A DNA stretch of 64,000 nt from the sequence record PQ613263; one strand, given 5' to 3'. The stretch comes from Shigella phage Moonfish. Position 1 is the first letter of the stretch. Each line of letters begins with the position of its first letter. Positions 40,939 to 50,015 of the stretch are shown here, one piece after another. Under the pieces are notes generated by a model, which saw only the letters and a list, made by a program, of their open reading frames with translations, searched no databases and had not been told where the DNA came from. The position numbers and the translations under genes are program-made.

Positions 40939-41175
40939 TTACTTACTATTTCTCCCAAAGAAGCGTATTACACGTTCCTTTGCTTCATCCTGCTCCTTAA
41001 TGGCTACATAATCTCGTGCATAGTAATACACACACCATAAGCCAAGAACACATGCAGAAAAACGGGCTACTACGAAGAACATCTCTTCCAGGCTCTGTGC
41101 ACCATGTAGTGCAAATACAAATTCCAGAACCAGGATGATACTTATAATCATTGCTTGGATAGCTAAACGTTTCAT
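40939..41175 (-). CDS. small membrane protein
   Basis: 78 aa with two hydrophobic helices. Confidence 0.5.
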   Translation of the reverse strand: MKRLAIQAMIISIILVLEFVFALHGAQSLEEMFFVVARFSACVLGLWCVYYYARDYVAIKEQDEAKERVIRFFGRNSK

Positions 41176-42116
41176 TCTGTAATTGTTTCTCCTGGGATTA
41201 ACTTACGGAATTGGATGAAATCTAGCAGGTTGCCTGAATACAGATTACCTTCACGGTCCATAGAGGTAACACCCTGTTCCCAGGTTAATGGGTTCTGGTT
41301 GTTAATGAACTTATCACCGAATAGCATAGGAGTTGCTTGGTGTTCAGTAGGGGATGCATGAATAGGTTGGTCTTCGACTAACTTAGCAAACAATCCCAAG
41401 TCCTCTTCAATAGTAGAAGGGCGGCCTTCGAAATTGTTGTAAGAAGCACGAGCACAACGAGCAGCACTTACTTTAAGAAGTAAGCCATACACTTCTTCAC
41501 GACTTGGCTCATCACGAGTAATTCGTTGATGTTTGCAGTAATTATAAGCCCCGACACGATCAATATGAGCAATATACGGTAAATGCCATTCCCCTTGTGG
41601 GAGTGCTCTTGGAGTGCTTTCATTATGAGCCTTACGCATTGCTTGAGCCAGTTCACGAATCTCCGGTTGGGCATCTTCATGGTCACGCAGTCCATAGAAG
41701 TTAGTCCAGCTAGTTGAAGTTACCACTACACGAATATGTGTGAATGGTTCCAGAATACGGTTAACAATCTGCTTATGTACTTGCCCACGACGCAGCATTT
41801 CTGCATAGGTAGCAGCACTGGACGCAGCCTGGTTCCAGATAAAGATTGCATCACTACGTTGGTCTTCGGACAATTCTTCAAATGCCTGCATCCCTTTCTG
41901 GTTCTTACCCCAGTGACTTGGCATCACTGGTTCATTACGAACCTGTTCGATGAACTTAGAAGTAGGGATAGCACGACTACTTGAAGCGTTGCGGTTAAAC
42001 ACACGGTGGGTCATAAACTCACTGTGAATGAATCGGGGATAGACCAATTCAAAGGTAGTAATACGAGTACCCGTTGCATGATGAACGGAATCTGCAATGA
42101 CAGTTGCCTTAATCAT
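41172..42116 (-). CDS. thyX: flavin-dependent thymidylate synthase ThyX
   Basis: 314 aa; ThyX signature THRVFNRNASSSRAIP (RHR...S....S.R). Confidence 0.75.
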   Translation of the reverse strand: MIKATVIADSVHHATGTRITTFELVYPRFIHSEFMTHRVFNRNASSSRAIPTSKFIEQVRNEPVMPSHWGKNQKGMQAFEELSEDQRSDAIFIWNQAASSAATYAEMLRRGQVHKQIVNRILEPFTHIRVVVTSTSWTNFYGLRDHEDAQPEIRELAQAMRKAHNESTPRALPQGEWHLPYIAHIDRVGAYNYCKHQRITRDEPSREEVYGLLLKVSAARCARASYNNFEGRPSTIEEDLGLFAKLVEDQPIHASPTEHQATPMLFGDKFINNQNPLTWEQGVTSMDREGNLYSGNLLDFIQFRKLIPGETITE

Positions 42117-42559
42117 TAGAATGACCTTAGATAGTTGGTAATACCACTACGGTTTTCTGTAATCTTCTTGGCCTGAACATATACCAGCTTAAACTCACTA
42201 CGGGGTAGTTCCTGTAATACTGCTATACCTTCAGTAAGAGCCACAGAACACGCTACAGCGGTTTCTTTTTTAAAGGAGTACAAGTCTTCATACAAGAGGG
42301 CTTCATACTCTTTACGGAGCATACAGAGAGCATCTCTTGCCTTATCACTTACTTCTTTTGAACCAGCAGACATAGCTAAACTGTATATGATAAAGACTTG
42401 TTCAAAAACAAAGTCCAGTAATCTATCAGGGTTGTTAGTACCCATGAATAATTTTGTTGTGTAGGAACGGGCTTTACGGTTGAGTACATACTCATCCTCT
42501 ATACCTTTCTTATAAAGAACGGGGCTTCGTTCCCTTTTCCGTAGGAATGGAATACGCAT
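42116..42559 (-). CDS. hypothetical protein
   Basis: 147-aa ORF. Confidence 0.5.
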   Translation of the reverse strand: MRIPFLRKRERSPVLYKKGIEDEYVLNRKARSYTTKLFMGTNNPDRLLDFVFEQVFIIYSLAMSAGSKEVSDKARDALCMLRKEYEALLYEDLYSFKKETAVACSVALTEGIAVLQELPRSEFKLVYVQAKKITENRSGITNYLRSF

Positions 42560-42586
42560 TAGTAAATCTTTCTTAGTAAATAAAAA

Positions 42587-42607
42587 AGCCCACGGGTTAG
42601 GTGGGCT
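42587..42607 (-). terminator. intrinsic terminator (minus strand)
   Basis: AGCCCAC...GTGGGCT hairpin with T-run on the minus strand. Confidence 0.5.
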
Positions 42608-42687
42608 TGGGTTAGGAGAAGGATAAGCAATGATCTGGAAGTAACTTCCACAAATAGCCCTACTAGAGGGCTATACAGGTAAGTTGC

Positions 42688-42894
42688 TTATTCAGCTTCT
42701 GCTTCAGGCTTAGCTCCAGACAGTGCTTTAGCTACATTACGACGAACAGAGTCGTAACCTACTTCAGTTCGTAGAAGAGAGCCGTCAACAAAAGCAATAT
42801 CTGCTTTTCCGTCATCGCTGCATTGTACTGTTACTACGTTTGCTGCAACTACTGTAAACTTACGACCATTTGCTTTGGTAGTGAATACTGACAT
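42688..42894 (-). CDS. hypothetical small protein
   Basis: 68-aa ORF. Confidence 0.45.
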   Translation of the reverse strand: MSVFTTKANGRKFTVVAANVVTVQCSDDGKADIAFVDGSLLRTEVGYDSVRRNVAKALSGAKPEAEAE

Positions 42895-42903
42895 GTTGTT
42901 TCC

Positions 42904-43410
42904 TTATTTACTGCTTCTCGCAGCTACTGGTTTGTTTTCCTGGTTATTGTACTTGCCTGTGTATGTGGCAGGTTCTTGAACCAGATGAAATAATACTTGA
43001 GCTATCCCGGAACCAGCCGGGATATGTAATTTCTTACGTCCGTGATAGACCAGTTCAAGGGTAAGATACCCTTTCCATCCTGGTTCAATCACGGTATTGA
43101 ACACTGATAATGCACGTCTTGCCCATGTAGACTTATCGTGAACGATTGCTACACAGGATGGGGACATGTTGAACTTCTCAATGGCTGAAGCCAATGCGAA
43201 CTTACCGAGATGGTGTGATACCTGTTTTCCATCAATGATTTTCACCATTGGAATCAACCCAAATAAGCGATAGAAGGTAATATCTTGTTTGATACGAATA
43301 TCATAACCAGCTTCACCCAACCCATAGCTTACACCATGCTCGGATACCTTACGGTCTGGGACATCCAGTAATTGAGAGGAACGATATAGGGAATTACCGT
43401 TAACAACCAT
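42904..43410 (-). CDS. dCTP deaminase / dUTPase-superfamily enzyme
   Basis: 168 aa; IEPGWKGYLTLELVYHG...IPAGSGIAQVLF matches the Dcd/dUTPase beta-jellyroll signature. Confidence 0.6.
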   Translation of the reverse strand: MVVNGNSLYRSSQLLDVPDRKVSEHGVSYGLGEAGYDIRIKQDITFYRLFGLIPMVKIIDGKQVSHHLGKFALASAIEKFNMSPSCVAIVHDKSTWARRALSVFNTVIEPGWKGYLTLELVYHGRKKLHIPAGSGIAQVLFHLVQEPATYTGKYNNQENKPVAARSSK

Positions 43411-44585
43411 TATTTCATTCCTTTAGGGATATGAACTACCTCCCCAAAAGGTACGGTAGCACTAGGATTATTCAGAACACACCATATGATAGGGATATCA
43501 AATGGTAATTCCTCCATTGGATGAACATACATATCGGAGAATATGATTGCAGCGGTTGGCTTATTCTTAATAATCCAATCCCGTACTGGCACAAGACTTG
43601 TACCACCACGGCCCGTAATCTTAATCTCTTCAAAAGTATCTTCTTCAGTGATGTCTATTTCTTCTTGGATAATATCGTCGAAGGTAATTAAGGACATCTT
43701 CTTAGGATTGAACTGGCTCTTAACGTAGGCAACCTCAGAGTTAAAACGCAGAGAGTCAGCACTACTAATAGAACCAGATACATCCTCAAAGTAAGCTAAG
43801 TGTCGTAAGCGTCCTTCATCATCTTCCAGGGATGGTAGATAGATGTCAGTGAAACGACGGTTAGGTCTGGCCCACGTATAACGTGAGTCATCAATGTCAG
43901 TGAAGAAATCCATCAAGACTTCCTGCCATGGAACTACTGGCTTAAGGAATTGGGTAATAACCTCTTCCATATGACCAGCACCCTTACCAGGCATTGTTCC
44001 ACCAGCCATCTTCTGGCTTTGCATCGCACGTACTACGTTGTTGACAACAGCACCCTGGGACTGCCCCGGAGTGGGAGCTTTCATGTCGCCAGCAAGACCT
44101 GCTCCAGCACCCCCTGACGGCTGCTGCCTTTTCTGAGGGTTCTTCATCAGGTCATCGTAGATGTCTTCTTCAACCCATCCTTTGTATTGAGGGTCTTTGC
44201 AAATACCTTCGTCGATACCAGTGAACTTGTAACCATCTTCCTCTAACTGAAGATTAATGAAGTGGTCACATGCCTGGTTCCAGACTTCTGGGTCACGGCT
44301 TCCACATCGGATGCCATGCAGATATGCCACATGCCAGAGTTCGTGCATTAATACGGTTTCTCTGGCATCTGGACACATCCAGACAAAGAAATCGGGATTG
44401 AAATGGAGTTCTATCCCATCAGTACATGCAGTGGGACAATCCTCACGTCTCCATGAGAATTTAAGGCTACACAGCAATGAACCAAAAAACGCTGCGCTGC
44501 GTCCAAGAAATGCGTTGGCTTGTATTCTATCGTACTCCCTCATTAACTGTTCATCAGTGAGGGTATGTGAAGGTATGTTATTCAT
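43410..44585 (-). CDS. VWA-domain protein with N-terminal HExxH metallopeptidase-like domain (MoxR partner)
   Basis: 391 aa; HELWH zinc-binding-like motif; MIDAS-like D-x-S-G-S (EDVSGSIS). Confidence 0.55.
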   Translation of the reverse strand: MNNIPSHTLTDEQLMREYDRIQANAFLGRSAAFFGSLLCSLKFSWRREDCPTACTDGIELHFNPDFFVWMCPDARETVLMHELWHVAYLHGIRCGSRDPEVWNQACDHFINLQLEEDGYKFTGIDEGICKDPQYKGWVEEDIYDDLMKNPQKRQQPSGGAGAGLAGDMKAPTPGQSQGAVVNNVVRAMQSQKMAGGTMPGKGAGHMEEVITQFLKPVVPWQEVLMDFFTDIDDSRYTWARPNRRFTDIYLPSLEDDEGRLRHLAYFEDVSGSISSADSLRFNSEVAYVKSQFNPKKMSLITFDDIIQEEIDITEEDTFEEIKITGRGGTSLVPVRDWIIKNKPTAAIIFSDMYVHPMEELPFDIPIIWCVLNNPSATVPFGEVVHIPKGMK

Positions 44586-44679
44586 TAAGATGCTCCATGA
44601 TTAGGGTGATAGCCATACAGTTTTTCAGCTGCTTTTCTAGCGTCTATGGCATCCTGCTTTTCAGCAAAAGTGCCTAAAC

Positions 44680-45033
44680 TTACCAGATGGAATCTCGTTT
44701 ATGCCAGTACACCCCAGTTACTCCACTGGAATTAGTTACACGTTTCTTTTGGTTTCTACTGTTAGTTTTGCTGTCCACCAACCTAAAGTTACTTAATAGA
44801 TTGTTAACCCTATTATGGTCTATGTGGTCAACCTGCATTCCCTTTGGTATAGGTCCATTGTGCATTTCCCATATGACACGATGCACTTTGTAGCTTTTGC
44901 ACTTATAGTTAAAACACAGATACCCATCACCATTTAAAGAGCCAACCCTGCCCCCAGCAATGGCCCTTGAGGACAATGTAACTTTCCAGAATAGCTCACC
45001 ATTTTCATAAACGAGTATGTCATTCCAGTTCAT
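44680..45033 (-). CDS. free-standing HNH endonuclease (HNH_3-like) with truncated AP2-like tail
   Basis: 117 aa; GYLCF...HRVIWEMHNGPIPKGMQVDHIDHNRVNNLLSNFRLV; C-terminal GVTGVYWHKR AP2-like start then stop. Confidence 0.7.
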   Translation of the reverse strand: MNWNDILVYENGELFWKVTLSSRAIAGGRVGSLNGDGYLCFNYKCKSYKVHRVIWEMHNGPIPKGMQVDHIDHNRVNNLLSNFRLVDSKTNSRNQKKRVTNSSGVTGVYWHKRDSIW

Positions 45034-45036
45034 AGA

Positions 45037-46089
45037 TTATCCGTGAATGTAACGAGAGATATTGGCAGCAGCCTTACGCCATTCAGGGGTAGCCTGAATT
45101 TCTGGTAATGCTCTACCTACTGTACGGAAGTACAGAATCTTATGAGTGAACGTTTTAAAGCGTTCAATGTACTGAAGAACATCAGCGAAGTTTTCTTCAG
45201 TAGTTTTGTTAGCCAGATGGTTAACGGTAGCCCAACACAGGTTGTTATCTTCCGGTAGTGCACAGCCCATAGGGTCTTTGACTACTTTCTCAATCGTAAT
45301 CATACGATTGTATACCTGAGTGAACTGAACAAATTCTGTAGCCTTACCAGCAGTAACGTGGCCTGCATAATAGATAGAATCTTCATCAGGCAGAGCACCT
45401 TCTGGTCGGTTCTTGAGGTCTTTATTAACAAAGTCCCAGGTACGAGGGCAACAGAATGTTTTGTTCTTGTGGGCAGGATCGAAGTCATGCAGATAACCAG
45501 GGTTAGCATGTAAGAATGCAACCAGACGCTCGTCCCATTCCTGTGGAATCATTACGTCTTCAACAAAGATGTCGAAGTTAAGTTCCATTTCGAAGTGGAC
45601 AACTCGAGACTGCATTGCAGTACCTAGTGGGTTAACAATGGCACGGTCAGTAGCTTTGTTACCAGCACAGACAATCATCACATTAGGGTGAAGTTTTTTC
45701 TGACCAGTCATGCGGTCAAGAATTAGTTTGTATGCAGCAGCTACTACTTCTTTCTTAGCTGAGTTGAACTCATCAAGGAACAGGAGCCATCCATTGTAAC
45801 CTTCAGGGATTTCATCCCCTTCAATTGGGAACAAGTCAGCGAATGGAATAAACTCTGCACGGTCACCATTACGGAATGGTAGACCTGATAGGTCTTCTGG
45901 GGCAGAAGTAGACAGACGATGGTCAATCAGCTTCATACCAAATTCATCTGCAACAGAACGAATAATTGCAGATTTACCCATGCCTGGTGATGAAGTCAGG
46001 AACGGTACGTTACCTGCTTGTAAGGCACGGATAATAAAGTTACGGGCTTGACGTGTGTTACATACAGTCAAGGAGTCAATGCTTGCCAT
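45037..46089 (-). CDS. MoxR-like AAA+ ATPase
   Basis: 350 aa; Walker A SPGMGKS, Walker B LLFLDEFN. Confidence 0.7.
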   Translation of the reverse strand: MASIDSLTVCNTRQARNFIIRALQAGNVPFLTSSPGMGKSAIIRSVADEFGMKLIDHRLSTSAPEDLSGLPFRNGDRAEFIPFADLFPIEGDEIPEGYNGWLLFLDEFNSAKKEVVAAAYKLILDRMTGQKKLHPNVMIVCAGNKATDRAIVNPLGTAMQSRVVHFEMELNFDIFVEDVMIPQEWDERLVAFLHANPGYLHDFDPAHKNKTFCCPRTWDFVNKDLKNRPEGALPDEDSIYYAGHVTAGKATEFVQFTQVYNRMITIEKVVKDPMGCALPEDNNLCWATVNHLANKTTEENFADVLQYIERFKTFTHKILYFRTVGRALPEIQATPEWRKAAANISRYIHG

Positions 46090-46123
46090 TTACTTACTCT
46101 CCTAAAGGTAATGGAATTACTAA

Positions 46124-46453
46124 TTAAGATTTAACACAAGGGTATGCTTTATTAACGGCGTAGCTCATGATTGCGAATGAGGACTGCATCGATAATACTT
46201 CAGGGTCATACACAATTACTCGCGCTACACGATCGGTGATGCTTCCGTACTTCATTCCTTCCGGGATACAGTTTTCAGTACTATCCCCATACAATTGAAC
46301 CATGCCAGAGAAGTAACCTTGTAGGAAATGCCTACCAGCGTCATTGTGGTAAGCTTGTGCAGCCTTAATAAGGTTATCTGCTGAGCCAGATGCCTTAGCA
46401 GAAAAGGACAGAGCTGACAAAGCTACTACAGCAACAGCAATTAAAGTTTTCAT
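46124..46453 (-). CDS. secreted/periplasmic protein with signal peptide
   Basis: 109 aa; N-terminal MKTLIAVAVVALSALSFSAKASG. Confidence 0.5.
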   Translation of the reverse strand: MKTLIAVAVVALSALSFSAKASGSADNLIKAAQAYHNDAGRHFLQGYFSGMVQLYGDSTENCIPEGMKYGSITDRVARVIVYDPEVLSMQSSFAIMSYAVNKAYPCVKS

Positions 46454-46639
46454 TTAGTTACCTTTTAACTCGTTGAGTTGAAGTACTCCGGTAGGGGTTA
46501 ATGACCACCCAAGACCAGCATTGAACTGTACTAAGCCCAGTTTCTTAAGAGACTGTGCGGTTTTGTTATTACGGTTGCTGGTGGCAGAACCACCTTGAAC
46601 CATGCGAAGGAATATTACTTGGGACTGGGTAAGTTTCAT
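46454..46639 (-). CDS. hypothetical small protein
   Basis: 61-aa ORF with start/stop overlap to neighbours. Confidence 0.4.
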   Translation of the reverse strand: MKLTQSQVIFLRMVQGGSATSNRNNKTAQSLKKLGLVQFNAGLGWSLTPTGVLQLNELKGN

Positions 46640-46824
46640 TTCTTCTCCGGTACGAACTGTATTACACAGCTTTGGTTACGAGGGATATTCAATTCACATT
46701 CATGCTTGAGGGTTTGTGTTACAGAAATTGGAATAGAACCAAAGTAGGTATTAGAAATAGCTACAATTCCTGCACCAATTAACCCTCCTAACATGAACGA
46801 GAATAATGAAAGCTCTTTATACAT
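46636..46824 (-). CDS. small membrane protein
   Basis: 62 aa; hydrophobic helix FSFMLGGLIGAGIVAISNTYF. Confidence 0.45.
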   Translation of the reverse strand: MYKELSLFSFMLGGLIGAGIVAISNTYFGSIPISVTQTLKHECELNIPRNQSCVIQFVPEKK

Positions 46825-46856
46825 TTCCTGGCTCCAGTTTGTTTAAGTCAAAAAAA

Positions 46857-46879
46857 GACCTCCCTTCAATAGGGAGGCC
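46857..46879 (-). terminator. intrinsic terminator (minus strand)
   Basis: CCTCCC...GGGAGG hairpin with T7 run on the minus strand. Confidence 0.5.
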
Positions 46880-46929
46880 AAACTTGAGGGTTTCATGTCA
46901 GGGTTTGTAACCCCAAATAAGGGATACCC

Positions 46930-47511
46930 TTACTCTTCAACAGTATCAGCGTAGTAGCCTACAGCCAGCAATGAGGTATCTTCTACCGTGGTTCCATTAG
47001 CATCAGTAACAATCACTTTATAAGTACCAGCAGAAGCAGCTGTTACGTTACTAAGGGTCAATGTTGCAGTAGCAGCAGATGCGTTATCGCCAGAATCAAT
47101 ATCAGCGAATACTGCACCATCAGTGTCTGCTTTGAATTGCCACTTATAAGTAAATGGTGCTTTACCACCTGCTACATCAATATGCCAGTTAATATCTTCA
47201 CCTTCGATGGCAGAGATTACACGAGGCAGTTTGGTAGCAATAGTCAGTCGTGGAGTAGCTTTCATATCAATAGAGATAGACTGCATATCCACGATGTTGT
47301 CAGGCCAGAAGCCTTCTTCAGCAGGGTTTTTAGCAGATCGTTTATACAACAGGTCACGTACACCGTGATAAATAACCAAGCTATCAGGGTAAGTGGCATC
47401 TGGATGTTCAAAAGTACCTACTTCCACGGAACCACCTGGAACACTGCCACCTGAATCAAGCACGGTAGCAACGTTGGTAGTTTTATTAAACGCAATCTTT
47501 AGGGTTGGCAT
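46930..47511 (-). CDS. Ig-like domain protein, capsid decoration protein candidate (N4 gp17-like position)
   Basis: 193 aa; C-terminal Ig-like signature (FTYKWQFK...GTYKVIVTDANG); gene sits right after the RNAP II genes. Confidence 0.5.
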   Translation of the reverse strand: MPTLKIAFNKTTNVATVLDSGGSVPGGSVEVGTFEHPDATYPDSLVIYHGVRDLLYKRSAKNPAEEGFWPDNIVDMQSISIDMKATPRLTIATKLPRVISAIEGEDINWHIDVAGGKAPFTYKWQFKADTDGAVFADIDSGDNASAATATLTLSNVTAASAGTYKVIVTDANGTTVEDTSLLAVGYYADTVEE

Positions 47512-47567
47512 GTATGTATCCTCTTGAGTAAATATGCCTAATCATTATGAAGGCTGATAAAAAAGAA

Positions 47568-47587
47568 AGCCACCCTTGAGGGTGGCT
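47568..47587 (-). terminator. intrinsic terminator (minus strand)
   Basis: AGCCACCC-ttga-GGGTGGCT hairpin with T-run on the minus strand. Confidence 0.55.
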
Positions 47588-47804
47588 AGTTGTTGATGTG
47601 GTAAATCCAGTAAGCTATCCAACCGGCTAATACAAAGCATCCGGCAGAGTACGCCCCATAGTAGCAATAGGCAAACTTGGATTTATGAGCGTTAACCATA
47701 GTGAGTATTACAATAGCAGATAAAACTATCAGTACGGTTTTAGTAATAACATCATAGATGTCTGGCATGTTGACTACCTCCAAGCAAAAAATAAAAGGCC
47801 TCAC
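47586..47804 (-). CDS. small membrane protein
   Basis: 72 aa with two hydrophobic segments. Confidence 0.45.
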   Translation of the reverse strand: MRPFIFCLEVVNMPDIYDVITKTVLIVLSAIVILTMVNAHKSKFAYCYYGAYSAGCFVLAGWIAYWIYHINN

Positions 47805-47822
47805 ACCCGAAGGTATGAGGCC
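47797..47822 (-). terminator. intrinsic terminator after RNAP II 3' exon
   Basis: GGCCTCA...TGAGGCC hairpin with TTTTATTTTTT on the minus strand. Confidence 0.5.
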
Positions 47823-47828
47823 AGTTTA

Positions 47829-47861
47829 TTAACTTAATGCATAATCCGTTTCAAGAATGTC
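47829..47861 (-). CDS. RNAP II large subunit, 3' mini-exon encoding the C-terminal foot (D)ILETDYALS
   Basis: Closely resembles the T7 RNAP C-terminus RDILESDFAFA; exact 3' junction inferred. Confidence 0.55.
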   Translation of the reverse strand, partial: DILETDYALS

Positions 47862-48988
47862 CTGCCAGAGGCTGTCATCCAGCTTACCCGCAGAGAACTC
47901 TTGTCCCAGTACCTGAGATAGGATGAAGCCCAGCAAGTCACTCTTAGCAATGTCAGATAGAATCTGATTGTACTGACGACGTAGGTCATTACCATAGTTA
48001 GGATGACAACGAAAACCATTAGTTAAACGAGTCGTTAGCTCGCCCTTACCTTCCATGATTAACATGAAAGCCATATGTAGCATCTGCTTGTTTACGAGCA
48101 AGCATTGCCTCCTCAAGTGTGTCGTACGTACCCAGACCGATCTGTTTGCGATTGACTGTGATGTGTGCCTGAAATCTACCAGAAGGCAGTATTCTCACAC
48201 CGTTCACTTTGCTTGAAGTATTACTAGATAAACTCATATTCATCTGGTTCTGTCTGCTGGTTACATTTCTCAAATTAGACCAACGATTGTCGTTTCTAGT
48301 ATGATTGATGTGGTCCACCTGGTTAGGTGTTTCCCCAGTTTCCATTATCCAGATTATTCGATGTAGTAAGTACTCTTTGCGGCCCAGGCTAACGGATAGA
48401 TACCCTTCTTTGTGAGGATACCCCACAATTGTTCCGGCTAACCCACTGGCAGAGTCATAACGATGAGTCACTAGCCCACTATCCCTGTCATACCTTAAAA
48501 CCTTCTGCAAAGATTCTTGGGTAATATTACCCAAGTTTATTATTAGGTTTTTACAGGTAGAGCATAGATGACCTATTGGACTCTTTCTAGCATCATAGAA
48601 GTTACAAACAAACTCATTAGAGCATTGCTTGCAACTACAGATAGCTGTGTACTTACCAGTTTTACGTAATATTTGAGAGTTATCTAACATATGGATTCCT
48701 TAGTAATTTTGCATACAATTTCAGATTGTATCCTAACCAAGGAAGTAAGTCTCCAATTTTCACTGGAGTATCGGACTATATCATCACCCACTAATCAGTG
48801 GGGCAAGGCGCTTGGGTGGTCACTTGACTCACCTACTCTACTCACATACGAAATGCTTTCGATAGTCTCTGAACCTTCCCTCATAGAGGGCTTGGCTGCT
48901 GATTGGCATATCCATAGGACTTAGCTTTCCAGCAATTCACCTTGTTTTCGACACGGATTACTCCGTGAAGGATCATTTATGTTTAATC
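47862..48988 (-). mobile_element. probable group I intron (~1.1 kb) in RNAP II large-subunit gene, carrying an HNH-AP2 endonuclease ORF
   Basis: Upstream ORF stops right after ...VLTVHD, 9-10 codons short of a T7-like C-terminus that is encoded 1.1 kb downstream in frame-compatible position; splice after caU with intron ending caG satisfies U/G group I rules. Confidence 0.55.
48046..48690 (-). CDS. HNH endonuclease with AP2 DNA-binding domain (intron-encoded)
   Basis: 214 aa; own AAGGAA RBS; HNH_3-like GYLSVSL...HRIIWIMETGETPNQVDHINHTRNDNRWSNLR; C-terminal AP2-like GVRILPSGRFQAHI...GTYDTLEEA. Confidence 0.8.
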   Translation of the reverse strand: MLDNSQILRKTGKYTAICSCKQCSNEFVCNFYDARKSPIGHLCSTCKNLIINLGNITQESLQKVLRYDRDSGLVTHRYDSASGLAGTIVGYPHKEGYLSVSLGRKEYLLHRIIWIMETGETPNQVDHINHTRNDNRWSNLRNVTSRQNQMNMSLSSNTSSKVNGVRILPSGRFQAHITVNRKQIGLGTYDTLEEAMLARKQADATYGFHVNHGR

Positions 48989-50014
48989 ATGTACAGTCAA
49001 TACAGGGAATGGCTTCTTAGGTAAAGTGTCCAGCATGTCTGCTACTACCTGACGGTCAACCATAGCAATAGTGCCTGGGTCGAGATAGTCGATAATAGAC
49101 ATAGATAAGAATCCAGACTTCTCGTAGTGTTCCCACAAGGTCTGTACCATTTCCATGTTACCTTCAATCTCCCCATACTCTGCTGGGCCTGTGTCGCAGA
49201 GTTCACGAACAGCAGCAACCAGGTTAGCATCGAAGTTACAACGACGCAGCATCTCGCGTACCACCATCCCATCAATAGAGTGGGTGATGTTAGCAGAGAG
49301 CATACGAGTCTTCTCTTCAGTACCCTGAACCATGCGGGTAATGTCGAATGGTTTACCTAAGAAGTTAACAGTCTGTACTTCTGGAACCATGACCTTAATG
49401 ACGGCATGGAAGTTGTCAGACAATACCCATACGTAACGGTTAGCATCCGGGTTACCACATTGCAGTAAGAACTTGTTCAATGCCCAAGGCCCACTAGCAA
49501 CAGTTTCCATTACATTCTCAAAAGTCTTGAGACGGATACCCTCACCGAATACTTCTTTAGGCTTAGCTTCTGAACCGTAGAATGCAGTCATAACTGCCTG
49601 CTTAGTGTCACTACGCTTAATACGAGATGCTTCACCAAGGATGTCCAACATCTTGTGATAGATAACTGTATAAGCATCACGACGTAATGGCTTACCGTTT
49701 TCACCCATGTAGTTAACTACGTTACACAGTTCAGCAGCAGAACGGTCACCAGTCAGGCAAGCCAGTAACTGCAAGCCTGATGATGTAGCATCCAGAGCTA
49801 CGGCATAGCCAATAGGCTTACCGGCTTTCATATCTTTCCATGCGTTTACACCTGCATAGAACAATGCGGATTCTTCAGCTTCATCTACCAGATTAAGCAG
49901 GTTAGCTTCGTTTTCATCGAACCAGCTAATACGTTCATCCCATGTTTTCTTATCCAGACCCATGTTATTCGCAATATCAATCTTTAAATATTCTTTCGCT
50001 GTGAAAAGCTGCAT
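48989..50014 (-). CDS. phage RNAP II large subunit (N4 gp16-like, T7-like catalytic half), 5' exon
   Basis: LDATSSGLQLLA (T7 motif A FDGSCSGIQHFSA), KQAVMTAFYGS (motif B), ITHSIDG (T7 H784 region), RELCDTG (motif C). Confidence 0.8.
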
Positions 50015-50015
50015 C

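Noticed and set aside
47862-48116. Treating the whole 95-aa ORF 47829-48116 as the 3' exon of RNAP II
   Set aside because: It overlaps the HNH-AP2 ORF and would add ~80 extra residues; only the last 9-10 codons are needed to match the T7 C-terminus. The upstream similarity (…AGKLDDSLWQ) is treated as intron sequence.
48983-48991. Terminal HD of the RNAP II ORF initially read as the catalytic motif C (T7 IHDSF)
   Set aside because: Alignment to the T7 H784 region places motif C ~55 residues earlier (RELCDTG); the terminal HD aligns with the RD of the T7 C-terminal foot.
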